A stretch of DNA of 64,000 bases, taken from the NCBI GenBank assembly GCA_018895235.1, contig JAHIOM010000013.1:6527-70526 (forward strand), in the 5' to 3' direction. How positions within the stretch are numbered: position 1 is the stretch's first letter; each line of letters begins with the position of its first letter. A program made the position numbers and the translations under genes. This DNA comes from Patescibacteria group bacterium (GTDB lineage Bacteria > Patescibacteriota > Minisyncoccia > Minisyncoccales > Staskawiczbacteraceae). The notes under the pieces were generated by a model. It did no database searches, had not been told where the DNA came from, and saw only the letters and a list, made by a program, of their open reading frames with translations. Shown piece after piece: positions 1 to 9,544 of this stretch.

Positions 1-345
1 CATAACTCCTTTTTTATAGACAGTATCAATCTCTTCATTACTGACATTATTGCCAGTGAAAATTATATTTTGGTTGGAAACTCCAGCCCTTAAAGCCAGA
101 TCTACTTCACCCGGAGAAACAGCATCAACTCCCAAAATAACCCCTTTGGGCAACCGCTGGTTAACTAAAGTCCGCACAAGGCGGAAGTTGGAATTTGCCT
201 TTATAGCGTAAAGGATTGTTAATGGTCTCCATAAAATTGCATTCGCTAAAGTTAACAGTTGTGTTTTCAATAATTCTTGCTCATATACATAAGCAGGCGT
301 TTTGAACTTCTTTGCAATTAATTGGAAAATTTCCGTATTTATCAT
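1..345 (-). CDS. lysA: Diaminopimelate decarboxylase-like PLP enzyme, N-terminal part (runs off the window start; absent from the ORF track)
   Basis: Manual translation from ATG 345: MINTEIFQLIAKKFKTPAYVYEQ...LYAIKANSN...GVDAVSPGEVDLALRAG...IIFTGNN. Contains the YAxKAN PLP-lysine motif; SD AAAGGAG upstream. Confidence 0.8.
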   Translation of the reverse strand, partial: MINTEIFQLIAKKFKTPAYVYEQELLKTQLLTLANAILWRPLTILYAIKANSNFRLVRTLVNQRLPKGVILGVDAVSPGEVDLALRAGVSNQNIIFTGNNVSNEEIDTVYKKGVM

Positions 346-515
346 TTTCACTCCTTTCGTATTTTCAAGGAACTGTTTTAAACTGACTTTAAACTACCTT
401 TTTTTATATTTTTGTCAATAAAAAACGGCTTTTGCCGTTTTTATTGTCCAAATAGTCCCGATAACAATTACTTTATTTCTTTTCTTTTTGATATTCAAGG
501 TAGGAATAAACAAAA

Positions 516-851
516 TTACTGCCCACAATCCTGCGGGCAATCTTCTGGAGTTTCAGGGCAAGGACAATTCATATCATCGCTGCAGACACTATTCAAACAA
601 ATTCCATCACCGCATAAATCACGGCAGATAATAAGACCACCTTGATTAGTGTTTGGTTTCTCTTCTTCGCCAACCGGATTATTATTCTCCGGACCACTCA
701 CCTCCAGCTGTTCCTGCCCTGTTTCCCCCTCTATTCCATTATTAGACGGCTGTTCTTGAGAAGAAACGCTATACCACGAATAAGCGCCGTAAACAGCCAG
801 CGCCACTACTACAATTCCGATTATAATATAGATATTTTTTCTATTTAGCAT
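516..851 (-). CDS. Small membrane-anchored protein with C-terminal Cys-rich motif
   Basis: N-terminal hydrophobic helix, acidic linker, CGDGIC...CPCPETPEDCPQDC tail. Confidence 0.7.
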   Translation of the reverse strand: MLNRKNIYIIIGIVVVALAVYGAYSWYSVSSQEQPSNNGIEGETGQEQLEVSGPENNNPVGEEEKPNTNQGGLIICRDLCGDGICLNSVCSDDMNCPCPETPEDCPQDCGQ

Positions 852-886
852 ATTAAATATATTTTAATAATTGTTTTATACCTCCG

Positions 887-1141
887 CTACCGGTAAACTC
901 CTTGGCGATGGCCAATTTTAATAACCAAAATTGCCAATTCTTTTTTATAAATCTGATAGATAATCCGATGCGGCCAAATTCTATATGAATAACAACCGCA
1001 ATATTCTCTTTTTAATTTTTTGCCGATAAAAGGATCTTTAACTATCAAAGAGAAAGCGGCAAGAATTCTATAATAATCTTCTTTTGATAGTTTGTTTAGT
1101 TCTTTTTGCGCGCTTGGTTTTACCCTTAGTTGAAATTCCAT
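887..1141 (-). CDS. Type II toxin, RelE/ParE family
   Basis: 84 aa basic protein, SAQKEL...YSYRIWPHRIIYQI...VIKIGHRQGVY RelE pattern; downstream of an antitoxin. Confidence 0.85.
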   Translation of the reverse strand: MEFQLRVKPSAQKELNKLSKEDYYRILAAFSLIVKDPFIGKKLKREYCGCYSYRIWPHRIIYQIYKKELAILVIKIGHRQGVYR

Positions 1142-1454
1142 ATTTCTTTAATGATTTATCAGCTATTACAAAACCTTCTTTGGATAATAAATCTTCAAGT
1201 GTAACCCAACTTCTGTGCTCGCCGCTTCTAACTGCGCGCTCTGTTTCTTTAATATCTTTTTTTAAATCAGGAAATTCTTTAATTACTTCCATGGTTTCTT
1301 GCCAAGAATCAAAATCATTAGCAGACATAATAACTGCTTTCGGCCGGCCATTTTCAGTTAAGGTATAGTAGTTTCCCGGTTTTTGGCTTTCTTCGGCTAT
1401 TTTAAATATTTTCTTTCTTGCCTCAGAGATAGGTATGGTTGTTTTAGTATTCAT
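1068..1454 (-). CDS. Type II antitoxin, Phd/YefM family
   Basis: TIPISEARKKIFKI...YTLTENGRPKAVIMS Phd/YefM N-terminal domain. Confidence 0.85.
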   Translation of the reverse strand: MNTKTTIPISEARKKIFKIAEESQKPGNYYTLTENGRPKAVIMSANDFDSWQETMEVIKEFPDLKKDIKETERAVRSGEHRSWVTLEDLLSKEGFVIADKSLKKYGISTKGKTKRAKRTKQTIKRRLL

Positions 1455-1481
1455 ATTATTTTAAGATTGATTTTACGCTAT

Positions 1482-1517
1482 ATGTACATTATAATGTACA
1501 TCATATACCTCTGTCAA
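1482..1517 (-). promoter_or_regulatory. TA operon promoter with YefM-type operator
   Basis: TTGACA (1517-1512), 18 nt, TATAAT (1493-1488); perfect 20-bp palindrome ATGTACATTATAATGTACAT (1482-1501) with two TGTACA cores 12 bp apart. Confidence 0.75.
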
Positions 1518-1626
1518 GGGTTGACAAATATTTAACAAAAAGCCCCTATAGGGGAGCTTAAATAATTGTTTTAGACAATGGCTTGCCGCAGGCAAACATT
1601 CAAGGTTCTGCCCGCAGGCATGGTTC

Positions 1627-1836
1627 TTACTTTTCTTTTTTCTCTTTTTCTATTTGCATTTCCACCCTACCCCTGCCGGCAATCAACTTCTTTACCCTAT
1701 CCCATTTTGAAACAACAAGCATCAAAACAAGCGTCAGAAAGGCAAACATATACTGCTGATATAAAAAGAAAGCAACCGCAGCAGCCAACAGCAATATCAT
1801 AAGAATTATTTTTCCTATAAAATTAAATATTTTCAT
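1627..1836 (-). CDS. Small two-TM membrane protein
   Basis: Two hydrophobic stretches followed by a charged tail. Confidence 0.5.
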   Translation of the reverse strand: MKIFNFIGKIILMILLLAAAVAFFLYQQYMFAFLTLVLMLVVSKWDRVKKLIAGRGRVEMQIEKEKKEK

Positions 1837-1901
1837 ATGAATTAAAATTAAATTTTATTAATTAACTGATTATACCAAAAAATCGCCATTTGGGCGATTT
1901 G

Positions 1902-2123
1902 TTATTTTATAACCTCAATGATTTTTAATTTTGAACTAGAACCTGAAATTATATTTATATTTGCCCGGTTGACGCCGAAATATTCAGCCAGCGCCAATAT
2001 CACGGCCGCGTTCGCTTTCCCCTTTTCCGGAGATTGTTTCACAAATACTTTGAAATTAATATCATTAATCTTTTGCACTTTTTCCTCTTTTGCTTTTGGT
2101 TTAACCTTAACAAAAATCTTCAT
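1902..2123 (-). CDS. DUF167/YggU family protein
   Basis: MKIFVKVKP...PEKGKANAAVI..LAEYFGV...IISG.SSK.K; start set at ATG 2123. Confidence 0.85.
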   Translation of the reverse strand: MKIFVKVKPKAKEEKVQKINDINFKVFVKQSPEKGKANAAVILALAEYFGVNRANINIISGSSSKLKIIEVIK

Positions 2124-2133
2124 AATTTTGTTT

Positions 2134-2865
2134 CTAAAACCCTGCAAATTCTTTTATTTTTTGGATTGGTATTGTTGAAACCTGACCCAAATAATTAATA
2201 AGGCTTAAACCTATAAGATTGCCTTCTATATTAAATAAAGGACTGCCCGTCAAAGATAGAGATTCTATAATATTGGTCCTTACAATTTCTTCGTTGAATC
2301 TTTTAATTATTCCCTCATTCACTGTTTGCAAAAAAGAGGAAGGAGTAATACCCATTAAAAAAACTTTTCCACCGATGCGCACTTGCTCTGTTGAACAGAA
2401 CCCGCAGGTTTTAAGGTTTGTTTTTTCTATTTTTAATAAAGCCAGGTTATTTTCTGAATCTCTTTTCAAAACCTGGGCTTTTATTTTTTCTCCATCTAAA
2501 ATAACGCTGGAAGTTCCGCCTGTCGGGACTAATTCTGCTAAGGTAATTATTAAGCCATCAGAAGTTGCAATTAAGCCAGAACCAACAAAAACTTCTTGGT
2601 CTTTAATTGTTTGAATGCCAATAACTGATTTTTCTACCTTATCAATTGCTTTTTCTAAGGCGGTTTCTTGGGTAACAATAATTTCTTCTCTGGTGTTGAT
2701 TATCACATTTCCTTCTTTGAAGTTTTTAACGAATTCAAACTGGGAAAAATAAGGGTGGGTTAAGAAATAAGGAAAGATAAGAATCTGAAAAATAAGGCCG
2801 GAAATTAATCCGCCCAAAAATACAGAGAAAACCAGGACAATGAGTTTTTTATTATTAAAAACCAT
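2134..2865 (-). CDS. Membrane-anchored trypsin-like (S1C) protease homolog, catalytic residues degenerate
   Basis: GSGLIATSDGLIITLAELV (His absent) and LTGSPLFN (GNSGGPL Ser absent). Confidence 0.7.
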   Translation of the reverse strand: MVFNNKKLIVLVFSVFLGGLISGLIFQILIFPYFLTHPYFSQFEFVKNFKEGNVIINTREEIIVTQETALEKAIDKVEKSVIGIQTIKDQEVFVGSGLIATSDGLIITLAELVPTGGTSSVILDGEKIKAQVLKRDSENNLALLKIEKTNLKTCGFCSTEQVRIGGKVFLMGITPSSFLQTVNEGIIKRFNEEIVRTNIIESLSLTGSPLFNIEGNLIGLSLINYLGQVSTIPIQKIKEFAGF

Positions 2866-5576
2866 TATTTTTTAGAACCGACCTTAATTAGATGAGATTT
2901 TCTTGGTTTCATTAATAGGGCCGGCATCTCAAAAACAATCTTGCTGTCTTTGGCATCAATAATGATATTGTCGCCTTCTTTAATTTCATTGGTCACCAGC
3001 TTCAAAGATAAAGGATCCAAAATTGTCCTTTGGATAACTCTTTTCAAGGGACGAGCGCCTAAGTTCGGGTCAAAACCCTTATTTGCCAAAAGTTCTTTTG
3101 CTTTTTCAGAAATTCTAAAAGTAATGTTTTTTAATTTAAGCCTTTTTTCTACTTTTGCAAGTTCCAATTCGACGATCTTCTTTATTTCCGGCCTTCTTAA
3201 ATAATTGAAGATTATAATCTCGTCTATTCTGTTCAAAAACTCAGGCCTGAACTGGTCTTTTAATGCTTCTGTTATTTTATCTTTCATTGATTCTCGCTGG
3301 GCCTGGTCTTCTTTGGTGGAAAAGCCAATTGCTGACATTTTATTAATGTAATCAGAGCCGACATTAGATGTCATTATAATGATTGAGTTTTTAAAAGAAG
3401 CCACTCTGCCCTTAGAATCGGTCAGCCGGCCGTCCTCAAAAATCTGAAGCAAGATATTAAATACTTCAGGGTGGGCTTTTTCTATCTCGTCCAGTAAAAT
3501 CACGGCATAAGGCCTTCTCCTTATTTTTTCTGTTAACTGGCCGCCCTCTTCATAACCGACATAACCAGGAGGAGAACCGATAATCTTGGCTACGGTGTGT
3601 TTTTCCATATATTCTGACATATCCAAGCGGATCAGGGATTTTTCATCATTGAAAAGAAATTCGGCTAGAGCCCTAGCAGTTTCTGTTTTGCCAACGCCGG
3701 TTGGACCCAAGAACAAGAAAGAACCCATTGGCCGGTTTTCCTCGGCAATGCCTGCCCTTGCCCTTCTAATAGCCCTGGAAATAGCTTCAATACCCTCTTC
3801 CTGGCCAATAACTCTCTTTTTCATAATGTCTTCCATATTTTCCAGTTTTTGGGCTTCTTCAGTCATTAACTTAGTTACTGGAATTCCTGTCCAACGAGAA
3901 ACAACATCAGCAACATCTTCTTCGGTTACTTCTTCTTTAATATAGTGGTGCTTGCTTTGAAGTTTTATTAATTTCTTCTCAGCTTCTTTTGACTCTTTTA
4001 ATAATTGGGGGATTTTACCGTATTTTATTTCAGCTACCTTTTCTAGATTGGCATCTCTTTGGGCGATTTCCGTCTGATATGATAATTCGTCAATTTTCTT
4101 CCTGATTTCTTTTATCTTGTCCACTAATTCTTTTTCTGCCTGCCATTTTGCTCTTATACCTTTTGATTTTTCCCGTAAATCAGCCAAAGAGCGCTCAATT
4201 ACTTTTAACCGCCTTGCTGACCCGGTTTCTTTTTTTAAGGCCTGTTTTTCAATTTCAAGTTTGGTAATTTCTTTATCATATTTTTCAAGGTCAACCGGAG
4301 AAGATTCAATTTCCAAACGTAAAGAAGAACCAGCTTCGTCCATCAAATCAACTGCTTTGTCCGGCAAAAACCTGTCTGAAATATAGCGGTTGCTTAACTC
4401 CACTGCTGCACAAATCGCAGAATCCTTAATTCTTACTCCGTGATGAACCTCGTATTTTTCCTTAATACCGCGCAGAATAGCAACTGTATCTTCGGGAGTC
4501 GGCTCCTGAACATAAATTGGCTGAAACCTTCTTTCCAAAGCAGGATCTCTTTCAATATATTTTTGATATTCTTTTAAGGTAGTGGCACCGATAGCTCGCA
4601 GCTCGCCTCTTGCTAAAGCAGGTTTTAGTAAATTGGAAGCATCAATTGCGCCTTCAGCTGCACCGGCTCCAACTAGCGTATGAAGTTCGTCAATAGATAA
4701 AATGTATTTACCGTCAGCTCGATTGATTTCTTTTAAGAGGGCTTTTACCCTTATTTCAAACTCGCCCCTGTATTTAGTTCCGGCAACTAAAGAACCCAAA
4801 TCCAAAGCAATTATTTCTTTGTTTTTTAAAAACTCGGGCACATCACCCTTGCTGATTTTTTGGGCAAAACCCTCAACAATAGCTGTTTTACCAACTCCGG
4901 CTTCGCCTATTAAAACCGGGTTATTTTTTGTCCTTCTGGAAATAATTTGCATTAAACGCCGAATTTCGTTTTCTCTGCCGATAATCGGATCTATTTTTCC
5001 GGAAGCAGCTAAGTTGGTCAGATTTCTGGTGTACTTTTCAACAACCTGATATTTTGATTCTGGTTCGGGATCAGTAATTCTTACTCCGCCCCTGATTTGG
5101 GATAAGATTTTTAAAATCGCATCATATTCAAGCTTGCTTGTTTTTAGGGTAGCTGCATCTCCTGCGCCTGGCTGTAAAAAAGTTACTTTATCTAAAACAT
5201 CTTTAGCATTGGTTGGAGTATCAAGCAGGCCTAAAAATAAATGCTCCACTGAAACAAACTCATCACTCATTTTAAGAGCTTCTTGCCTGGCTCTTTCTAG
5301 AACCTTTGCCATATCCTGGGTTAAATAGAACTGGCCAACTCCTGAAGGAGTAACAATTGTCGGAATTTTGTTAACCTGCGTTTCAACTTTCTTTTTAAGA
5401 TTTTCCGGGTCAACGCCCAGTTTTTGAAGTATAGTCAAAATAACACTTTCTTCTTGCGATAGTAAAGATAAAAGCAAATGCAGGGCATCAACCTGTTGCT
5501 GACCCCTTTCTTGGGCAAACGACTGAGCGGAAAGTATGGATTCCTGGGCTTTATTGGTAAAATTAGCTCCGTTCAC
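2865..5576 (-). CDS. clpB: ATP-dependent chaperone ClpB
   Basis: Two AAA+ modules ([16 protein letters not shown]), coiled-coil middle domain; probable start GTG 5576 (see finding). Confidence 0.93.
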   Translation of the reverse strand: MNGANFTNKAQESILSAQSFAQERGQQQVDALHLLLSLLSQEESVILTILQKLGVDPENLKKKVETQVNKIPTIVTPSGVGQFYLTQDMAKVLERARQEALKMSDEFVSVEHLFLGLLDTPTNAKDVLDKVTFLQPGAGDAATLKTSKLEYDAILKILSQIRGGVRITDPEPESKYQVVEKYTRNLTNLAASGKIDPIIGRENEIRRLMQIISRRTKNNPVLIGEAGVGKTAIVEGFAQKISKGDVPEFLKNKEIIALDLGSLVAGTKYRGEFEIRVKALLKEINRADGKYILSIDELHTLVGAGAAEGAIDASNLLKPALARGELRAIGATTLKEYQKYIERDPALERRFQPIYVQEPTPEDTVAILRGIKEKYEVHHGVRIKDSAICAAVELSNRYISDRFLPDKAVDLMDEAGSSLRLEIESSPVDLEKYDKEITKLEIEKQALKKETGSARRLKVIERSLADLREKSKGIRAKWQAEKELVDKIKEIRKKIDELSYQTEIAQRDANLEKVAEIKYGKIPQLLKESKEAEKKLIKLQSKHHYIKEEVTEEDVADVVSRWTGIPVTKLMTEEAQKLENMEDIMKKRVIGQEEGIEAISRAIRRARAGIAEENRPMGSFLFLGPTGVGKTETARALAEFLFNDEKSLIRLDMSEYMEKHTVAKIIGSPPGYVGYEEGGQLTEKIRRRPYAVILLDEIEKAHPEVFNILLQIFEDGRLTDSKGRVASFKNSIIIMTSNVGSDYINKMSAIGFSTKEDQAQRESMKDKITEALKDQFRPEFLNRIDEIIIFNYLRRPEIKKIVELELAKVEKRLKLKNITFRISEKAKELLANKGFDPNLGARPLKRVIQRTILDPLSLKLVTNEIKEGDNIIIDAKDSKIVFEMPALLMKPRKSHLIKVGSKK

Positions 5577-5685
5577 ACTTCGACTCGTCCTTCGTTTCAC
5601 TCAGTCCTCGCTCAGTGCAAGTATATTTTTAAAATAATTTTTAATACTTGAACTTAAAGTCGAAGTGTCCTGAGCTTGTCGAAGG
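5575..5685. repeat. REP/MITE-like palindromic insertion at the clpB start
   Basis: 11-bp perfect IR ACACTTCGACT (5575-5585) / AGTCGAAGTGT (5658-5668), followed by CCTGAGCTTGTCGAAGG (5669-5685). Confidence 0.65.
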
Positions 5686-5752
5686 ATAATTTCTTATTCT
5701 TATTTTTAGCACAAATTCCCAAAAAAATCAAACAAAATAAAAAAGTCCCTTT

Positions 5753-5968
5753 TCAAAAGGGACCCTTAAATTCTAATGTTACCTGCGTAACCTCTTCAGA
5801 AAATGCCATCTGGAACAAATTGGCAACTAAACTGCGGAAATCCTTATCCTTTAATGCTTTTTTATCGACTTTAATTAATATGTTGCGACCCTTAATTAAT
5901 TTTCTGAATTCTTTGCCAGAAATCTTCTTCGGTTTTTTTCTTTTCTGGGGCATTGTTCTGTCTTTCAT
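5753..5968 (-). CDS. Small basic hypothetical protein
   Basis: Start overlaps the stop of the upstream TyrA-like gene; its 3' end overlaps the hairpin GTCCCTTTTCAAAAGGGAC. Confidence 0.4.
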   Translation of the reverse strand: MKDRTMPQKRKKPKKISGKEFRKLIKGRNILIKVDKKALKDKDFRSLVANLFQMAFSEEVTQVTLEFKGPF

Positions 5969-6834
5969 TTAGGTTTTTTATGGAAGGAAAATATCTTTTG
6001 AGTTGAGTCAACAAACCACATTTCTATCCATTGATTGACCCTTTTTCTTTCTTCTGAGGACAAAGTCTTAACAAAATCTTTTTGTTTTGCTAGTTTTTTT
6101 GCAATCTCGTCAGTCGAAATTTTGCTTAATTCTCCAAAGGTTTTTCTGGCAGACCCGACTAAATCTCCGTGAGCGCCTAAAAGTAAATCTTTTCTGAGCC
6201 AATTAGCCGAACTGTTAACGGCGCGGGCATAAACAGAGAATAAAGAGTTTGAAGCCGGGACCGCCCACTCCATCATTTTCTTCATATCGGGCTTTTTCCG
6301 GTCGCATTGCTTTGAGTACCGGGAAATCAAAACATCAATGACAATTGTTAAAAGTTCGGGCATGCTTAAGGTGATTCCCATCATAAAATCATGCTCGTCT
6401 TCTGTTTGGCACTGGATAAAACTAATCTCTTGTTCTTTTAGAAAAGACAAAACTCTTTGAGCTTTCTTATTTCTCTTTGTCGTATTGCCGTTGATAATAA
6501 CCCATTTTTGGCCATTTAACGGAATATGGGGACCGTGCAATGGATGTAAGGACAGATGAACAGCGCCTGTGGTTTTGATTATCCTGGACAAACGCCGTTT
6601 TATAGAACAAACATCAATAACTAACTGGTCGGGGCTTAAACGCACGTCTTTGATAATGCCGGGAATGGCATCACGCGGAACAGCCAACCAAATAACATCT
6701 GATGTCCAAATCTTTCCCCAGGTTCTGGGAGAATTGTTTCTGTCTACCAAATTAACCGGGCCCAGTTGTTTCAAAAGCGGGAAAAGAAGATTCTTCGCTA
6801 TATCTCCTTTTGCTCCAACAATTGCGTTAATCAT
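5965..6834 (-). CDS. Prephenate/arogenate dehydrogenase-like protein (divergent TyrA)
   Basis: Rossmann-like IVGAKG, DVCSIK, HPLHGP and EHD motifs of the TyrA family. Confidence 0.75.
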   Translation of the reverse strand: MINAIVGAKGDIAKNLLFPLLKQLGPVNLVDRNNSPRTWGKIWTSDVIWLAVPRDAIPGIIKDVRLSPDQLVIDVCSIKRRLSRIIKTTGAVHLSLHPLHGPHIPLNGQKWVIINGNTTKRNKKAQRVLSFLKEQEISFIQCQTEDEHDFMMGITLSMPELLTIVIDVLISRYSKQCDRKKPDMKKMMEWAVPASNSLFSVYARAVNSSANWLRKDLLLGAHGDLVGSARKTFGELSKISTDEIAKKLAKQKDFVKTLSSEERKRVNQWIEMWFVDSTQKIFSFHKKPK

Positions 6835-6950
6835 ATCCGTCTCCTTCCTAGGTTAGTAAAGATCTATTTTCTTTCTATCATTAAATCATATTAAGTCAAC
6901 TCTTTTTAAATGAAAAGCGGCCTACCTTATGGCTAGACCGCTATATTAGA

Positions 6951-7967
6951 TTAGATGCTTCTACCGATAGCAGAAGCAATGGCTTTTAACTCTTCCATCA
7001 AACGGCTGAAATCAGAAAAAGTAAGCGACTGGGCGCCGTCAGAAAGCGCCTTTTTGGGATCAGGGTGAATCTCGACTATCAAACCGTCAGCGCCAGCAGC
7101 AACACCTGCTTTTGCTAAAACAGGGACATAGCCAAAGTATCCAGCAGCATGACTGGGATCAATGATAATCGGCAAGTGGCTGAAACGCTTTACTACCGGC
7201 ACCACACCAACATCTAAAGTGAAACGGGTGCAGTTGCTGAAAGTGCGTATTCCTCTTTCGCAAAGAATAACCGATGAATTGTCTTCCCTTAAAATCCAAT
7301 CCGCTGCCATTAACCATTCTTCCAGTGTCGCTGCAAAGCCGCGCTTCAAGAGAACTGGCTTGTGCGATTTTCCCACCGCCGTAAGCAAAGGGTAATTCTG
7401 CATATTTCTGGTGCCAACCTGAATAATATCGGCGTAATCGGCGACCACAGCGACATCTTCAATAGACATAGCTTCAGTGATTATCAGCAAACCAGTTCTT
7501 TCTTTGGCTTTTGCCAAAATCTTCAGACCATCTTCTTTCAAGCCCTGAAAACCAAAGGGCGAAGTTCTGGGCTTAAATGCCCCGCCCCTCAGTATTTTAG
7601 CTCCTTTCTGTTTGGCTATTTCCGCACAGGCCAAGATCTGCTCTTCACTTTCTACTGAGCAGGGACCAGCCATTATAACAACGTTTTTACCACCAATTTC
7701 GACATCACCAATCTTTAAAATAGTGTCTTTTTGCTGGAAATCTCTGGAGGCGAGTTTAAAAGCTTTTTCGATTCTGAAAACCTTTTCCACGCCAGGCAGC
7801 ACTTCAAAAACTTGCGTGTCGCAACTTCCGGTTTCCTTGCCCAAAACAGCAATAACAGTCAGCTCTTCGCCAGAGTTCAGTTGATAATCAAACCCCAATT
7901 CTTTGATTCTCTGCTTCACGCTTTCAATTTGACTGTTAGTGACACCCTTCTGCATTTCAATTATCAT
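6951..7967 (-). CDS. aroF: DAHP synthase type I-beta with N-terminal regulatory domain
   Basis: AGPCSVES, RGGAFKPRTSP, LCERGIRTF, IIDPSHA motifs; ATG 7967 with SD AAAGGAG. Confidence 0.93.
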   Translation of the reverse strand: MIIEMQKGVTNSQIESVKQRIKELGFDYQLNSGEELTVIAVLGKETGSCDTQVFEVLPGVEKVFRIEKAFKLASRDFQQKDTILKIGDVEIGGKNVVIMAGPCSVESEEQILACAEIAKQKGAKILRGGAFKPRTSPFGFQGLKEDGLKILAKAKERTGLLIITEAMSIEDVAVVADYADIIQVGTRNMQNYPLLTAVGKSHKPVLLKRGFAATLEEWLMAADWILREDNSSVILCERGIRTFSNCTRFTLDVGVVPVVKRFSHLPIIIDPSHAAGYFGYVPVLAKAGVAAGADGLIVEIHPDPKKALSDGAQSLTFSDFSRLMEELKAIASAIGRSI

Positions 7968-8020
7968 GATCTTCTCCTTTCTGAATAACAAGTTTTAAAA
8001 GAACGTTTTCCCGGGCTTTA

Positions 8021-8048
8021 ACAAAAAAGCCCTTTTAGGGAAAGGGCT
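8021..8048 (-). terminator. Attenuator terminator upstream of aroF
   Basis: Minus strand AGCCCTTT-ccct-a-AAAGGGCT stem followed by TTTTTGT. Confidence 0.8.
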
Positions 8049-8074
8049 GGCTTAGAATAATTAATGATTAATTT

Positions 8075-8155
8075 TTAATTTCTAAACTCTAAATCAGCCC
8101 CTTCTTTAAAAAAGGCATAAAACCAAAAAAAGGTTTTGCTGATTTGGTTATCCAT
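8075..8155 (-). CDS. Aromatic-rich attenuator leader peptide (26 aa; absent from the ORF track)
   Basis: MDNQISKTFFWFYAFFKEGADLEFRN*; 7 of 8 consecutive codons are Phe/Trp/Tyr; alternative pairings with the terminator arm. Confidence 0.8.
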   Translation of the reverse strand: MDNQISKTFFWFYAFFKEGADLEFRN

Positions 8156-8300
8156 AATGTCTTATTTTTAGCACCAGCAACAATTAATGTCAACCCTTGA
8201 CAACGATTTTTTTTCTATTAAGGTAATTATAGGACATTGACAAACAGAACTGGGACTTACGGTTTACTTTCTTAAAACAGTGCGCTATAAAGGAGAATAT

Positions 8301-9533
8301 ATGAACGCGCTAGAAGTTTTAAAAACAAGAGGATTTATTCAGCAGTGCTCAGACGAAAACGGTCTGAAAGATTTGTTTTCTAATTCGGCGGTTACTTATT
8401 ACGTCGGTTTTGACCCAACAGCAGAAAGTTTCCATGTAGGAAGTCTTATCCCTATTATGGCAATGGCCCATCTCCAGAGGCTTGGCCACAAACCGATTGC
8501 GATTATCGGCGGCGGCACCGGATTAATCGGAGATCCAAGCGGCAAAAGCGAAATGCGCAAATTGCTGTCGCGGGAAGACATTGCTAATAATATGGCGAAG
8601 CTTTCCCAACAGTTTAACCGCTATCTTTTGCTTGATGGCGAAAAGGGATTATTGATTGACAATGCCGATTGGATTGTTGGGCTCAACTACATTGAGTTCC
8701 TACGAGACATCGGTAGATATTTTAAAGTGAATGAAATGATTAAGAACGAGGGCTACCGACTCCGTCTTGAAAGAGAGGAAGGGCTTTCGTTTATTGAATT
8801 CAATTACCAACTCCTTCAGGCCTATGATTTTCTCGTTTTGTTTGACCGTTACGGCTGCATGCTTCAGATGGGCGGCGACGACCAGTGGGGAAACATCCTG
8901 GCTGGCGTTGACCTTGTCAAGAAGATGAGAAAGCAAGTAGTTTTTGCCCTCACCTTCCCGCTTATCACTACTGCCCGCGGACAAAAAATGGGAAAAACCG
9001 AAGCCGGAGCCATTTGGCTTGACGCGACAAAAACCTCACCATACGATCTCTATCAATACTGGATTAACTGCGATGACCGCGACGTTATCCGCTTCCTAAA
9101 GATGTTTACTTTTCTGCCAATGGAAGAGATTGAAAAAATGGCAGAACTTCAGGGCGCTGAACTCCGCAAAGCAAAAGAGATTCTTGCTTTTGAAGCAACT
9201 CGACTTTGCCACGGAGAAAATGAAGCGGTGAAAGCCCAACAAACTGCCCGAGCTGCTTTTTCTAAGGAAAAAGAGGACAGCACGGGACTTCCGACTACGA
9301 CTGTTAGTAAGAGCAGAATTGCTGCAGGCATTCTTGCAGTTGATCTGCTTGTTGAAATAGGCCTTGTCCCGTCAAAAAGCGCGGCACGCCGCTTGATTGA
9401 ACAGGGCGGCGCCTATGTTAATGATGAAAAAATCACTGCTATTGATGCAGTGGTTAATGAAAGTTCTTTCCAAAGTGGTGTTTGTATCGTTCGTCACGGC
9501 AAGAAGCAACACCACCGCGTGGTGGTTGAGTAA
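8301..9533 (+). CDS. tyrS: Tyrosine--tRNA ligase
   Basis: GFDPTA..FHVGS, QMGGDDQWGN, KMGKT, C-terminal S4 domain; ATG 8301 with SD. Confidence 0.95.
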   Translation: MNALEVLKTRGFIQQCSDENGLKDLFSNSAVTYYVGFDPTAESFHVGSLIPIMAMAHLQRLGHKPIAIIGGGTGLIGDPSGKSEMRKLLSREDIANNMAKLSQQFNRYLLLDGEKGLLIDNADWIVGLNYIEFLRDIGRYFKVNEMIKNEGYRLRLEREEGLSFIEFNYQLLQAYDFLVLFDRYGCMLQMGGDDQWGNILAGVDLVKKMRKQVVFALTFPLITTARGQKMGKTEAGAIWLDATKTSPYDLYQYWINCDDRDVIRFLKMFTFLPMEEIEKMAELQGAELRKAKEILAFEATRLCHGENEAVKAQQTARAAFSKEKEDSTGLPTTTVSKSRIAAGILAVDLLVEIGLVPSKSAARRLIEQGGAYVNDEKITAIDAVVNESSFQSGVCIVRHGKKQHHRVVVE

Positions 9534-9544
9534 GGAGACACATC

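Noticed and set aside
1578-1623. TGCCGCAGGCA / TGCCCGCAGGCA short palindromes and the 74-aa plus-strand ORF starting there
   Set aside because: Likely REP-like remnants but too short to support; the ORF overlaps a more plausible minus-strand membrane protein.
2941-5328. Plus-strand ORFs opposite clpB (and similar ones opposite other core genes)
   Set aside because: Antisense shadows of well-supported genes, with Ser/Phe/Leu-rich composition and no motifs.
8161-8300. T-box riboswitch upstream of tyrS
   Set aside because: The leader is too short and lacks the AGGGTGGNACCGCG T-box motif and a terminator.
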